Shown here: positions 15,001 to 26,542 of the stretch, piece after piece | Position numbering within the stretch: position 1 is the stretch's first letter | Layout: the number at the start of each line of letters is the position of its first letter | Assembly (NCBI GenBank): GCA_964016885.1 | Contig: OZ024744.1 | Location: forward strand, 7,936,001-8,000,000 | DNA length: 64,000 bases | Origin: Eledone cirrhosa | Lineage: Eukaryota | Reading direction: 5' to 3' | Program-made: the position numbers and the translations under genes | The notes under the pieces: generated by a model | What the model saw: the letters and a program-made list of their open reading frames with translations, nothing else | Databases searched by the model: none | Told to the model about the DNA's origin: nothing

Positions 15001-18000
15001 TGTACAGTCCTGTATATAGTGACTACGTTGGTAGATGTTCTCCTCTAGTATTACTGTAGCTGTACAGTCCTGTATAGAGTGACTACATTGGTAGATGTTC
15101 TCCTCTAATACTACTGTAGCTGTACAGTCCTGTATACAGTGACTACATTGGTAGATGTTCTCCTCTAGTACTGCTGTAGCTGTGCAGTCCTGTATACAGT
15201 GACTAGATTGGTAGATGTTCTCCTCTAGTACTGCTGTAGCTGTACAGTCCTGCATATAGTGACTACATTGGTAGATGTTCTCCTCTAGTACTACTGCAGC
15301 TGTACAGTCCTGTATACAGTGACTACATTGGTAGATATTCTCCTCTAGTACTACTGTAGCTGTACAGTCCTGTATACTGTGACTACATTGGTAGATATTC
15401 TCCTCTAGAACTACTGTAGCTGTACAGTCCTGTATACAGTGACTACATTGGTAGATGTTCTCCTCTAGTACTACTGTAGCTGTACAGTCCTGTATACAGT
15501 GACTACATTGGTAGATGTTCTCCTCTAGTACTATTGTGGCTGTACAGTCCTGTATACATTGACTAAATTGGTAGATGTTCTCCTCTAGAACTACTGTAGC
15601 TGTACAGTCCTGTATACAGTGACTACATTGGTAGATGTTCTCCTCTAGTACTACTGTGGCTGTACAGTCTTATATACAGTGACTACATTGGTAGATTCTC
15701 TCCTCTAGTACTACTGTAGATGTACACTCCTGTATATAGTGACTACATTGGTAGTTGGTCTCCTCTAGTACTACTGTAGCTGTACAGTCTTGTTTACAGT
15801 GACTACATTGGTAGATACTCTCCTCTAGTACTACTGTAGCTGTACAGTCCTGTATACAGTGACTACATTGGTAGATGTTCTGCTCTAGTACTACTGTAGC
15901 TGTATAGTACTATATACAGTGAGTACATTGGTAGATGTACTCCTCTAGTACTACTGTAGCTGTACATTCCTGTATATAGTGACTACATTGGTAGATGCTC
16001 TCCTTTAGTACTACTGTGACTGTACAGTCTTATATACAGTGACTACATTGGTAGATGTTCTCCTCTAGTACTACTGTAGCTGTACAGTCCTGTATATACA
16101 GTGACTACATTGGTAGATGCTCTCCTCTAGTACTACTGTAGCTGTATAGTCCTGTATACAGTGACTACATTGGTAGATGTTCTCCTCTAGTACTACTGTC
16201 GCTGTACAGTCTTGTATACAGTGACTACATTGGTAGATGTTCTCCTCTAGTACTACTGTGGCTGTACAATCCTGTATACAGTTTCTACATTGGTAGATGT
16301 TCTCCTCTAGTACTACTGTAGCTGTACAGTCCTGTATACAGTGACTACATTGGTAGATACTCTCCTCTAGTACTACAGTAGCTGTACAGTCCTGTATAGA
16401 GTGACTGCATTGGTAGATGTTCTCCTCTAGTACAACAGTGGCTGTACAGTCCTGTATACAGTGACTACATTGGTAGATGTTCTCATCTAGTACAAGTGTA
16501 GCTGTACAGTCCTGTATACAGTGACTACATAGGTAGATGTTCTCCTCTAGTACTACTGTAGCTGTACAGACCTGTATACAGTGACTACATTGGTAGATTT
16601 TCTCCTCTAGTACTACTGTAGCTGTACAGACCTGTATAGAGTGACTACATTGGTAGATGTTCTCCTCTAGTACTACTGTAGATTTACTGTCCTGTATAGA
16701 GTGACTACATTGGTAGATGTTCTCCTCTAGTACTACTGTAGCTGTACAGTCCTGTATACAGTGACTACATTGGTAGATGGTCTCCGCTAGTACTACTGTA
16801 GCTGTACAGTCCTGCATACAGTGACTACATTGATAGATACTCTCCTCTAGTACTACTGTAGCTGTACAGTCCTGTATAGAGTGACTACATTGGTAGATGT
16901 TGTCCTCTAGTACTACTGTATCTGTACAGTCCTGTATACAGTGACTACATTAGTAGATGTTCTCCTCTAGAACTATTGTGGCTGTACACTCCTGTATACA
17001 GTGACTACATTGGTAGATGTTCTCCTCTAGTACTACTGTAGCTGTACAGTCTTGTATACAGTGACTACATTGGTAGATGCTCTCCTCTAGTACTACTGTA
17101 GCTGTACAGTCCTGTATACAGTGACCACATTGGTAGATGTTCTCCTATAGTACTACTGTGGCTACATTGGTACATGTTCTCCTCTAGTACAACTGAAGCT
17201 GTACAGTCCTGTATATACAGTGACTACATTGGTAGATATTCTCCTCTAGTACTACTGTAGCTGTACAGTCCTGTATATAGTGACTACATTGGTAGATGTT
17301 CTCCTCTAGTACTACTGTAGCTGTACAGTCCTGTATACAGTGACTACATTGGTAGATGTTCTCCTCTAGTACTACTGAAGCTGTACAGTCCTGTATACAG
17401 TGACTACATTGGTAGATATTCTCCTCTAGTACTACTGTAGCTGTACAGTCCTGTATATAGTGACTACATTGGTAGATGTTCTCCTCTAGTACTACTGTAG
17501 CTGTACAGTCCTGTATACAGTGACTACATTGGTAGATATTCTCCTCTAGAACTACTGTAGCTGTACAGTCCTGTATACAGTGACTACATTGGTAGATGTT
17601 CTCCTCTAGTACTACTGTGGCTACATTGGTACATGTTCTCCTCTAGTACAACTGAAGCTGTACAGTCCTGTATATACAGTGACTACATTGGTAGATATTC
17701 TCCTCTAGTACTACTGTAGCTGTACAGTCCTGTATATAGTGACTACATTGGTAGATGTTCTCCTCTAGTACTACTGTAGCTGTACAGTCCTGTATACAGT
17801 GACCACATTGGTAGATGTTCTCCTATAGTACTACTGTGGCTACATTGGTACATGTTCTCCTCTAGTACAACTGAAGCTGTACAGTCCTGTATATACAGTG
17901 ACTACATTGGTAGATATTCTCCTCTAGTACTACTGTAGCTGTACAGTCCTGTATATAGTGACTACATTGGTAGATGTTCTCCTCTAGTACTACTGTAGCT

Positions 18001-19250
18001 GTACAGTCCTGTATACAGTGACTACATTGGTAGATATTCTCCTCTAGTACTACTGTAGCTGTACAGTCCTGTATATAGTGACTACATTGGTAGATGTTCT
18101 CCTCTAGTACTACTGTAGCTGTACAGTCCTGTATACAGTGACTACATTGGTAGATATTCTCCTCTAGAACTACTGTAGCTGTACAGTCCTGTATACAGTG
18201 ACTACATTGGTAGATGTTCTCCTCTAGTACTACTGTAGCTGTACAGTCCTGTATACAGTGACTACATTGGTAGATATTCTCCTCTAGTACTACTGTAGCT
18301 GTACAGTCCTGTATATAGTGACTACATTGGTAGATGTTTCCCTCTAGTACTACTGTAGCAGTACAGTCCTGTATACAGTGACTACATTGGTAGATATTCT
18401 CCTCTAGAACTACTGTAGCTGTACAGTCCTGTATACAGTGACTACATTGGTAGATGTTCTCCTCTAGTACTACTGTAGCTGTACAGTCCTGTATACAGTG
18501 ACTACATTGGTAGATGTTCTCCTCTAGTACTACTGTAGCTGTACAGTCCTGTCTACAGTGACTACATTGGTAGATGTTCTCCTCTAGTACTATTGTGGCT
18601 GTACAGTCCTGTATACATTGACTACATTGGTAAATGTTCTCCTCTAGTACTACTGTGGCTGTACAGTCTTATATACAGTGACTAAATTGGTAGATGTTCT
18701 CCTCTAGAACTATTGGGGCTGTACAGTCCTGTATACAGTGACTAGATTGGTAGATGTTCTCATCTAGTACTGCTGTGACTGAACAGTCCTGTATACAGTG
18801 ACTAGATTTGTAGATGTTCTCTTCTAGTACTACTGTAGCTGTACAGTCCTGTATACAGTTTACTACATTGGTAGATGTTCTCCTCTAGTACTATTGTGGC
18901 TGTACAGTCTTATATACAGTGACTACATTGGTAGATTCTCTCCTCTAGTACTACTGTAGCTGTACAGTCCTGTATATAGTGACTACATTGGTAGATGTTC
19001 TCCTCTAGTACTACTGTAGCTGTACAGTCTTATATACAGTGACTACAGTGGTACATGCTCTCCTCTAGTACTACTGTATCTGTACAATCCTGTATACAGT
19101 GACTACATTGGTAGATGTTCTCCTCTAGTACTACTGTAGCTGTACAGTCCTGTATTTAGTGACTATATGGTAGATGTTCTCCTCTAGTACTATTGTGGCT
19201 GTACAATCCTGTATACAGACAGTGACTACATTGGTAAATGCTCTCCTCTG
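1..19250. repeat. 60-bp tandem satellite, about 320 monomers, continues beyond the window start
   Basis: Consensus CCTCTAGTACTACTGTAGCTGTACAGTCCTGTATACAGTGACTACATTGGTAGATGTTCT recurs in register with the 60-nt lines, with scattered substitutions and small indels. The array ends at ~19250 in LINE sequence. Confidence 0.99.
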
Positions 19251-20440
19251 GTGCTCTGTATTGTTCTTTTTTTTAGCACACTTTTCCTCGGAGCCAAGTT
19301 TCAATTCATCCTCCACTCTCACAGTACTTGTCTCCACCGTCGGCAATCATTAGCAACCTCCTCCCATCTCCGGGTGTCCAGGTCTACTGACTTCATATCC
19401 TTCCTGCAGACATCTTTGAAGCGAAAATGAGTCGTACTCGTGCTCTTCTGCCGGTGGCCAGTTTCCCAAAAGTAGGTCTTTGGGGATCCTTCTGTTCGGC
19501 ATACGATCTGCGTGACCAAGCCAGCGCAGACGACGCTGTTTGAGCAGGGTGCAAATGCTGGGTATCTTGACGCAGTTGATGACCTCAGTGTCCATGACGC
19601 GGTTATTTCACTTGATATCCAAAATGCGTCTCAGGCAATGAAGGTAGAAGACATTGAGATGCCACTCCTGTCTGGAGTTGAGGTTGCGCTGCCGTAAAGT
19701 TTTGAGCTGAGGACACATGCCTTGTAGACAGCAATCTTGGTGTTTGTGGTTAGTTTTGTTCCCTAGACTCTTCGCCTGGCAAATGTGAAGGTTGCTTGTT
19801 CATCTCTCCTGAAGATCTTGTGGTCCAGGGAGAGGTTGTCAGTGATGGTGAAGCCAAGGTAGGAGAATTCGTGGACCACCTCCAACTCATAGTTTTGATG
19901 GTGTTGGTGGGGTTGTGCTTGAAACTTTGGCCTAGTACATTGGTATTCTTCAGACTAATGGTCAGGTTGAATTCCGAGCAGGCCCTCAAGATTTTGTTCC
20001 TGAGGTGCTGCATTTCCTCCCCAGAGTGCCCTGCCAGTGTGGCGTCATCCACAAACAGCAGTTCTTTGATGATTTAATGGTGACCTTGTATTTCACTTTC
20101 AGCCTTGACAAACTAAACGGCTTGCTGTCTGCCCTGGTGTTGAGGTAGACACACCAAGTTGACTCTCCAAATGCATGTTTTAGCATGACTACGAAAATGA
20201 TGCCAAACAGGGTGGGGGATAGCACGCACCCTGCTTCACTCCGCTTCATATGTCAAATGTCTCCGAAGGAGAGCCATTCTTATCTGCTCGAAACGACTGG
20301 ACTATCCTAAGATGTGTTGGAGGACAACCAATTCTGGCAAGGATCTTAAGCAGACCGTCTCTACTAAAGAGATCGAATGCCTTCGTCAGGTCGATGAAGG
20401 TGATGTACAGTGTTTGCGTTTGCTCTCGGCACTTCTTGTA
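19230..20440 (-). mobile_element. 5'-truncated, degenerate RTE-clade non-LTR retrotransposon (RT domain to C-terminus), with frameshifts and stops
   Basis: Minus-strand translation gives KCREQ..LYITFIDLTKAFD, GCVLSPTLFGIIF, LLFVDDATL, LTISLKNTNVLGQ, EFSYLG, TKIAVYKACVLS, LKQRRLRWLGHADRMPNRRIPKDLL and RFKDVCRKDMK..WEEVAND..WRQ. These are the RT and C-terminal motifs of RTE/BovB-type elements, in the expected order. Confidence 0.93.
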
Positions 20441-20474
20441 AATTTTTGTAATTTTCTCTCTCTCTGTAGGACCG

Positions 20475-20609
20475 AAAAATCTTAGATCGTTTTCCCACTA
20501 CTCGATTCTCTGATTAGGCTAGTATCCTTAAGATACCAGCCCAAATGAAAAGTGAGTGCACACTACTATGTTAAATAATGAGAACGATTTCGTTTAGGTA
20601 GAGAATTAG
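20475..20609 (+). repeat. Diverged direct repeat, copy 1 (copy 2 at 21396-21500)
   Basis: AAAAATCTTaGATCGTTTTCCCACT...AGTGCACAC...CGATTTCGT..GGTAGAGAATTAG occurs twice about 0.9 kb apart. Copy 1 has ~30 extra bp. Confidence 0.75.
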
Positions 20610-20803
20610 GTTTTCTCTTCCCGGAATAATTAATTAATTTCCACTACTCCATCTGCTTGCGACATTCCGTATAGGGATGGGGTTCACCGAAAATTAGGTG
20701 ACGGTATTAAACATTACGTAATTCAGCTAATAGAAGTTTCATCAGCGAGGAAAATTAGCCTGTTCGAATCAACTTCGTGTCTGCCCACCGTCTTGGTTTG
20801 ATA

Positions 20804-21001
20804 TCGCCATTGCAGCATTAGCAATCTCCTGTGTCAGTATCAAGTGACAGTGATGTGAAGGTAATGAGGTCGCCATTGCAGCATTAGCAATCTCCTGTGT
20901 CAGTGTCAAGTGACAGTGATGTGAAGGTAATGAGGTCGCCATTGCAGCATTAGCAATCTCCTGTGTCAGTGTCAAGTGACAGTGATGTGAAGGTAATGAG
21001 G
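20804..21001. repeat. 66-bp tandem repeat, 3 copies
   Basis: CGCCATTGCAGCATTAGCAATCTCCTGTGTCAGT(A/G)TCAAGTGACAGTGATGTGAAGGTAATGAGG(T) starts at 20805, 20871 and 20937. The copies are nearly identical. Confidence 0.95.
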
Positions 21002-21207
21002 CACGATTTACTTTAAAGACCAGGCTGGCGAATATTTTAAAAATGAACACAAAGAAATGATGGATAAAGCACTCGACCAGGATATCCGGGTAGAATGCAA
21101 AGACAAACATGGCAAATAATTAATAAAATCGAACTATAATAAACAGAGTAAATAGTTCAGATTATAGTCTGGATGCGGGTTATCCCTGGGAGTTTAAATA
21201 TATAATT

Positions 21208-21396
21208 GTTTCTACCTTGGGCACAAGGCCAGCAATTACACCAGTGCATGACTGGTACTTTATTTTATCGACCCCATAAGGATGAAAGGAAAAGTTAACC
21301 TCGACGGGATTTGAATTCACATCATAAAGGGCCGTAACTCTACGCTGCAAAGTATGGGGTCCGACCTTCTACCGATACTGCCAATCTACCGCCCTA
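21208..21396 (-). mobile_element. tRNA-derived SINE (cephalopod-type), internally deleted
   Basis: The minus strand starts TAGGGCGGTAGATTGGCAGTATCGGTAG (A-box-like TGGCAGTATCGG) and has a B-box-like GAATTCAAATCCC at ~21306-21318. The plus strand carries GGCACAAGGCCAGCAATT..ACTGGTACTTTATTTTATCGACCCC..AAGGATGAAAGG, which I recognise from memory as an abundant Octopus SINE body (not database-checked). Confidence 0.82.
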
Positions 21397-21500
21397 AAAA
21401 ATCTTCGATCGTTTTCCCACTCAATCGATATTTTAATTAGACAGTGCACACAACTACATTAAACAGTGAGAAAAGCGATTTCGTGTGGGTAGAGAATTAG
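21396..21500 (+). repeat. Diverged direct repeat, copy 2
   Basis: Similar to 20475-20609. Begins immediately next to the SINE 5' end. Confidence 0.75.
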
Positions 21501-21510
21501 ATTCTCATTG

Positions 21511-21608
21511 CCTCTCTCTCTATATATATATATATTTATTTGTGGGTATGTATGTGTATGTGTGTATATATATGAGTGTGTTTATATATATGTGTGTAGA
21601 TGTGTCTG

Positions 21609-21671
<63 letters not shown>

Positions 21672-21718
21672 ATATATATGTATATATATATGTGTGTATA
21701 TATATACGTGTGTTGTGA

Positions 21719-21785
<67 letters not shown>

Positions 21786-22162
21786 CGTGTATGTGTATAT
21801 ATGTGTAAAAATATATATATATATATGTGTGTGTATATGTGTATATGTCTATGTATTTATATGTGTATATGTATGTGTCTCTATATGTATGCGTGTGTGT
21901 ATGTGTATGTGTATTTATATGGTATGTGTATGTATATGTATGTGTATGTATGTGTTTGTATATATGTGTATGTATATGTATGTATATGTATGTGTGTGTA
22001 TGTGTGTGTATATATATATATATGTGTATATGTATGTATATCGATGTATATTTTATATTTTACTTGTTTGTATATGTATATGTATGTGTATGTATATGTA
22101 TATATGTGTGTGTATGTATATATGTATATGTGTGTGTATATATGTATATATATATATATATG

Positions 22163-22227
<65 letters not shown>

Positions 22228-22560
22228 TTTCTTGATATATTTCTTTTTTCTTTTTCTTTTCTCTTTATTTCTAAGTTTATAGATACATTTATAAATAGGC
22301 AGTCTGCTGACACCGTTGAATACTGACCTCTTCCCCCCCCCCCACCTAATTTCTGTATCTGGATCTAAATATGTGTGGCAGTGTTTATGTGCGTGCATTA
22401 ATGTCCATATGCTTATGATATTGGTATATACACACATATATATGTATGTAGGGGTGTATGTGTGTATGTATGTTCGTAGTTATGTGTATGTTTATGCGTA
22501 TACGCGCGTGTGTGTGTGAATGTACGAATATGTGTGAGTATATGAATGTGTGTATATATT
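21511..22560. repeat. Compound (TA)n/(TG)n/(TATG)n microsatellite region
   Basis: Direct inspection. Interrupted by a short unique stretch at ~22230-22420. Confidence 0.95.
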
Positions 22561-22829
22561 TATTTTATATTTGGGTGTCTATACGCATTTTATCTGTAGA
22601 TTATAAACTTACAGAGACATTAGCCTTGAATTTTTGTATTTACATACATCTTTTTGGCATGCGTATGCATGTGAACATATATCTTTATGCATATCTGTGA
22701 ACGAAGTTAATTTACATGTATATACACACACCTAACTGTATAAACTTTTTGTATTTTCATTGGTCAATTTGAACTCTGTTCCCAAACAGACCTGAAATTT
22801 TGAATTGTTGTTATTATCAATAAATATAT

Positions 22830-22984
22830 TTCATTATTTCTGAAGACGGCATATATATGTGTTTGGTATGTATATTTAATTTTGATAGTTTGTATAATTT
22901 TGTATAATTTTGTACATAGATCTGTTGAATATGCATGCCAATTCTAACACATATATATCCTAGAAACGATCGTTAAATAATGAA
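22830..22984 (+). ncRNA. Type I hammerhead ribozyme motif with very long stem II
   Basis: Stem I TTCATTATTT (22830-39) pairs with AAATAATGAA (22975-84). Core CTGAAGA (22840-46). Stem II ATATATATGTGTT..TGGTATGTATATT pairs with AATATGCATGCCA..AACACATATATAT. GAAA at 22963-66, palindromic stem III CGATCG, then TT as the UH site. The base of stem II is imperfect. Confidence 0.72.
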
Positions 22985-23230
22985 CTTTTTTTGTTTAATA
23001 TAAGGAACTGTTTCATTGTTTTATTCATTATTTTTTTAATATTTTATCTTGACTCTGTATTCCGTTTATCTTTCACCGAAAGTGATTTTTCATTGCATCT
23101 CTTCTTTCCATGATATCCGGATTACATTGAGTTCTTCATACGGATTGGACACTACCGTAAACTCTTGGTAGATTTATCTACATATATATATATATAGTTA
23201 AAAGAATAGAGGTGTAACACACAAGTTATT

Positions 23231-23677
23231 ATATATTGGTAAACGGAATAGGAAATGGTGACAAATTGTTCACAGTGAAAAATAGTTTAATTAGGAATAA
23301 GTGAGAATTAGTAATTGTATTGGTTAGTATTCAGTTGTGGTTTTAAGTTTTACCGGTTGCGCATTTCTAAATGCTTTTCAAAAATAATTTTGAGATAGAG
23401 CGTCCGTGATATTTGCTCTGATCTGATTAGTTTTGGGAATTCTACCTGTTTTTATGTTAAAAAAGTGGCTCCAGCGCTATTAAAATTGTTTTTTTGCGCC
23501 AATTCGTGTTGCAAAAATTCTTGTGGTCAAAACAATTTTGATTGGTCGGTAGAGGTCATGTGAATGTAAAAAATTGATTTTGCGCCAAGACTGAGAAATG
23601 ACTCTTTCACAACAAATATGTGTGTGTGTATAGTAGTAGTAAAGTGTTCGTTGTTGTGATAATGGTTAGCAGGGATG
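23231..23677. repeat. Inverted repeat A (partner 27469-27917), pseudo-LTR-like
   Basis: Reverse complement of 27469-27917 with few differences. The ORF track shows the same peptide (IPANHYHNNEHFTTT..SKLF) on opposite strands. Confidence 0.95.
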
Positions 23678-24060
23678 TGTGTGCCAACCGCAGCCTGTTG
23701 ACAGTTCAAATGCCTATTAAGACAATGGGATGGTCAGTAGGAATGTGTCTGTAAGTGAGTGGGGGATATTTTAACATGTTAAAAGATATTTTTCAGCTCT
23801 TGTCTTATACGGAAAAGTGTGTGTGTGTGTATAAGTCTCTTTGTATGTTAATGTACGCGTGTGTATGTGTGTGTGTGTATATATGTGTGTGTGCGTGAGA
23901 GAATGTGTGTGTGGGTGGACCAGTATTTTTTCTCTGGTAAAATGGTGTACATTATTCTATATTTTCCGTAAAATCGATTCTCTCAATAGAACATCAAAAA
24001 CCTTAACAATAAAAGGTGTGAAATGATATTCATTATATACATATACATACATATATTTAC

Positions 24061-24063
<3 letters not shown>

Positions 24064-24125
<62 letters not shown>
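24064..24125. repeat. (TA)n microsatellite, probable insertion site of the inner element
   Basis: Pure TA run, with a matching TA run at 27124-27146 on the other side of the inner element. Confidence 0.9.
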
Positions 24126-24131
<6 letters not shown>

Positions 24132-24186
24132 GTGAGGTTTTTTTTACAAAATGAAAGATAACCGAGGTGTCCTACACGAGTGGAAG

Positions 24187-24769
24187 TATAAAGAAAAAGG
24201 GATGAAATCGAAAATGCAACTGAAGTCTTATTTTTTTTTTAAAATATATATATTTATTTGGTTCCTTTACCGGTTTCGCAGTTCTTCTGCTTTTCAAAAG
24301 GTGAGTTGAGATGGAGGGTCTGTGGTTTTTCTCACATCTGGTTGGTCTCTAAATGTTACTTGTTTTATATGGAAAAAGTGGCTCGAAAACCAGGTTTTTC
24401 GAGAAGTAATTTGATTGGTTTGTCAATAATTATAATAAATTTCGCGCCAGTTCGCGTTACAATAGTTCTTCAAATAAGAGAGGGGGGTGTCACAGGTTGT
24501 TTTTTCATATATGAGTGTTTGAATTTCTTTTTACTTGAAAAAATGAGGCTCACGAAGGCTTTTTTTTGGTTGGTTATAAATGAAATTTGGCTGTCACGTG
24601 AACAAGTTTTCATTACATTTTTGCGCCCTTATTTGGAAAACTATTCTGTAGTCTTTATAGTGAATGTTATGACAATGGAGAGATAGTGGTCAAGGGAAAA
24701 GGGATTGGAAGAAATGTTCTGGTTCAGTGAATATGGCCAGCTGTCAGAGTTCAGGTGTCAGAGTTCAGA
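24187..24769. repeat. Inverted repeat B (partner 26543-27127), pseudo-LTR-like
   Basis: Near-identical reverse complement. The track ORFs 24258..24686(+) and 26626..27057(-) differ by one inserted residue. Confidence 0.97.
24264..24301 (-). ncRNA. Minimal hammerhead ribozyme motif (U3-A8 core variant) in pseudo-LTR B
   Basis: Minus strand reads CCTT-TTGAAAA-GCAG aagaa CTGC-GAAA-CCGG-TA-AAGG. Confidence 0.7.
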
Positions 24770-24809
24770 TTTTCTATTGAGACTGAAGATATGTGTTTAT
24801 TTATGTGCT

Positions 24810-24857
<48 letters not shown>

Positions 24858-25329
24858 TATTGGAAGATGATTCTATTAGTAGAGATGGGGGAGGGAGTTG
24901 TGTGTGTGTGTATATGGGTGTTATGTGTGTGTGTGCGAGTATGTTAGATAGAGAGAATATATATTTTGTGTGTGTGTATATATATATGTGTGTAGGAAAG
25001 TGGTTCTATTAGTAGAAATGGGGAGGGTGTTGTAGGTGTGGGGGTTGTTATGTGTGTGTATGGGTGTTATGTGTGTGGGAGTATGGTTAGCATGTTAAGA
25101 TGAAGAGAATATATATATATATATATATTGTGTGTGTGTGTGTGTGTGTGTAGGAAAATGATTCCTTTAGTAGGAATATTTTTGAATGAACATATTTTCC
25201 TGACTTTTTCGTGTTTGCTGTTGTATTGCCAGTGCAAACGTATGTTTAAGGTTTATTTAGTTCGGGTTTTTATTTTCTAAAGTAGAAGGTGTTATGTGTG
25301 TGTGTGTGTATGTCATATTGTGGTGTTGA

Positions 25330-26537
25330 CATAATGTATATTAAACCTTATTTAATGTTGGTCTATATTTTTGAATAAACATACATATTTTCCTTATTTA
25401 TTCGCATTTGTTCTGTTGTATTGTTAGCGCAAATGTAAAATGGGAAGACTTGGAATTTGGGTGTCTTATTACTTGCGCAAATGTCTAGATATGCACTTAG
25501 TGGTATCTGTCTCGTGGTTGGATCTCGTAATTGTTGGCGATGAACTGTCATTCTGTTTCTGAGTGTGAGTTTAGTTTGTCCTATATAATCTTCATTGCAT
25601 CCTTTACATTTAATGGCATAAATTAGATTTTTTGATGAGCAAGTGAAGTGATTTTTTACAGTAAAATTTTGTCCTGATTTAAATGTATACGTGTTGCCTT
25701 CAATGAGGTGAGTGCAGATTCCACAATTAGAGCGACCACATTTTTTGATACTTGGTTGTGGGTTTGTGGTAGGTAATTTGGCATTGGTGTGTAATGTTTT
25801 CAGTGATTTTGGTTGTCTTTTGCTTTTGATTATTTTGTGTGTTTCAAGGGCTTTTTTCATTCTTGGGTTTTGTTTTAGTAGTGGGATGTTATTGTGAATA
25901 GTGTTGTAAGCTTCCGCATTTCTTGGGTTGTGTGTTGAGATATATGATAGAATATTGGACGTACCTTGAATTTGTTTCTGTTTCCGTAATTCATCAATGC
26001 CTATTGCTTTAGCCCTTTCTATTCCATTATTTATTAGTAATAGTGGGTACTCTCTCTCAAATAGAATTTCCTTTAATTCTTGAAGTCTTTTATTTCGCGT
26101 TTCATAATTGGAGACAATTGTGCAAATACTTCTTGCTAGGTTAAAAGGAATGTTCGCCTTCGTGTGCTTTGGATGGTTGGAGGTGAATAGCAGATATTGT
26201 TTGGAATCTGTTGGTTTGTAGTGTATGTCAGTTTCGATATTTGTGTCTTTTTTTGTGATTAAGATGTCCAGAAATGGGAGTTGATCTTGGCTGTATTCCA
26301 TTGTGAATTGGATGTGGTTATTGATGCCGTTTATTAAGTTTTTGAAATCCTTCAGTTGGTCGAGTGTGTGGGACCAAAGAATGAGGCAATCATCCAAGTA
26401 GCGTTTCCAATTCTCTGATAAATATTTGTGGAAGTTCAATCCGTATTTTGATTTGGACTGTTCATATATCTGGACTTCTAAGTATGCCATGACTAAGTTG
26501 GCATAAGTTGGAGCGGCTTTTGTGCCCATCGCAGTCC
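25330..26537 (-). pseudogene. Penelope-like reverse transcriptase (C-terminal half), Cys-rich linker and GIY-YIG endonuclease
   Basis: TAMGTKAAPTYANLVMAYLE, WKRYLDDCLILW, LPFLDI, YKPTDSKQYL, CGRSNCGICTH, NLIYAIKCKGCNEDYIGQTK..RMTVH. The frame is open for ~390 codons, but the N-terminal RT motifs are missing and the extreme C-terminus appears frameshifted. The Cys linker suggests the Neptune group. Confidence 0.93.
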
Positions 26538-26542
26538 TGAAC

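Noticed and set aside
729-16817. Minus-strand ORFs of (EENIYQCSHCIQDCTATVVL)n resembling zinc-finger or Cys-rich proteins
   Set aside because: A 60-bp monomer with one stop-free frame produces these ORFs automatically. There is no His pair or TGEKP linker of C2H2 fingers, and indels break the frame often. The CxxC is explained by the LINE origin.
20450-20470. Polypyrimidine tract plus TAG|G resembling a splice acceptor
   Set aside because: No convincing exon ORF or donor site follows, so it cannot be supported without RNA data.
20769-21110. 113-aa ORF with 22-aa repeats
   Set aside because: It is produced by the 66-bp triplication and has no recognisable homology.
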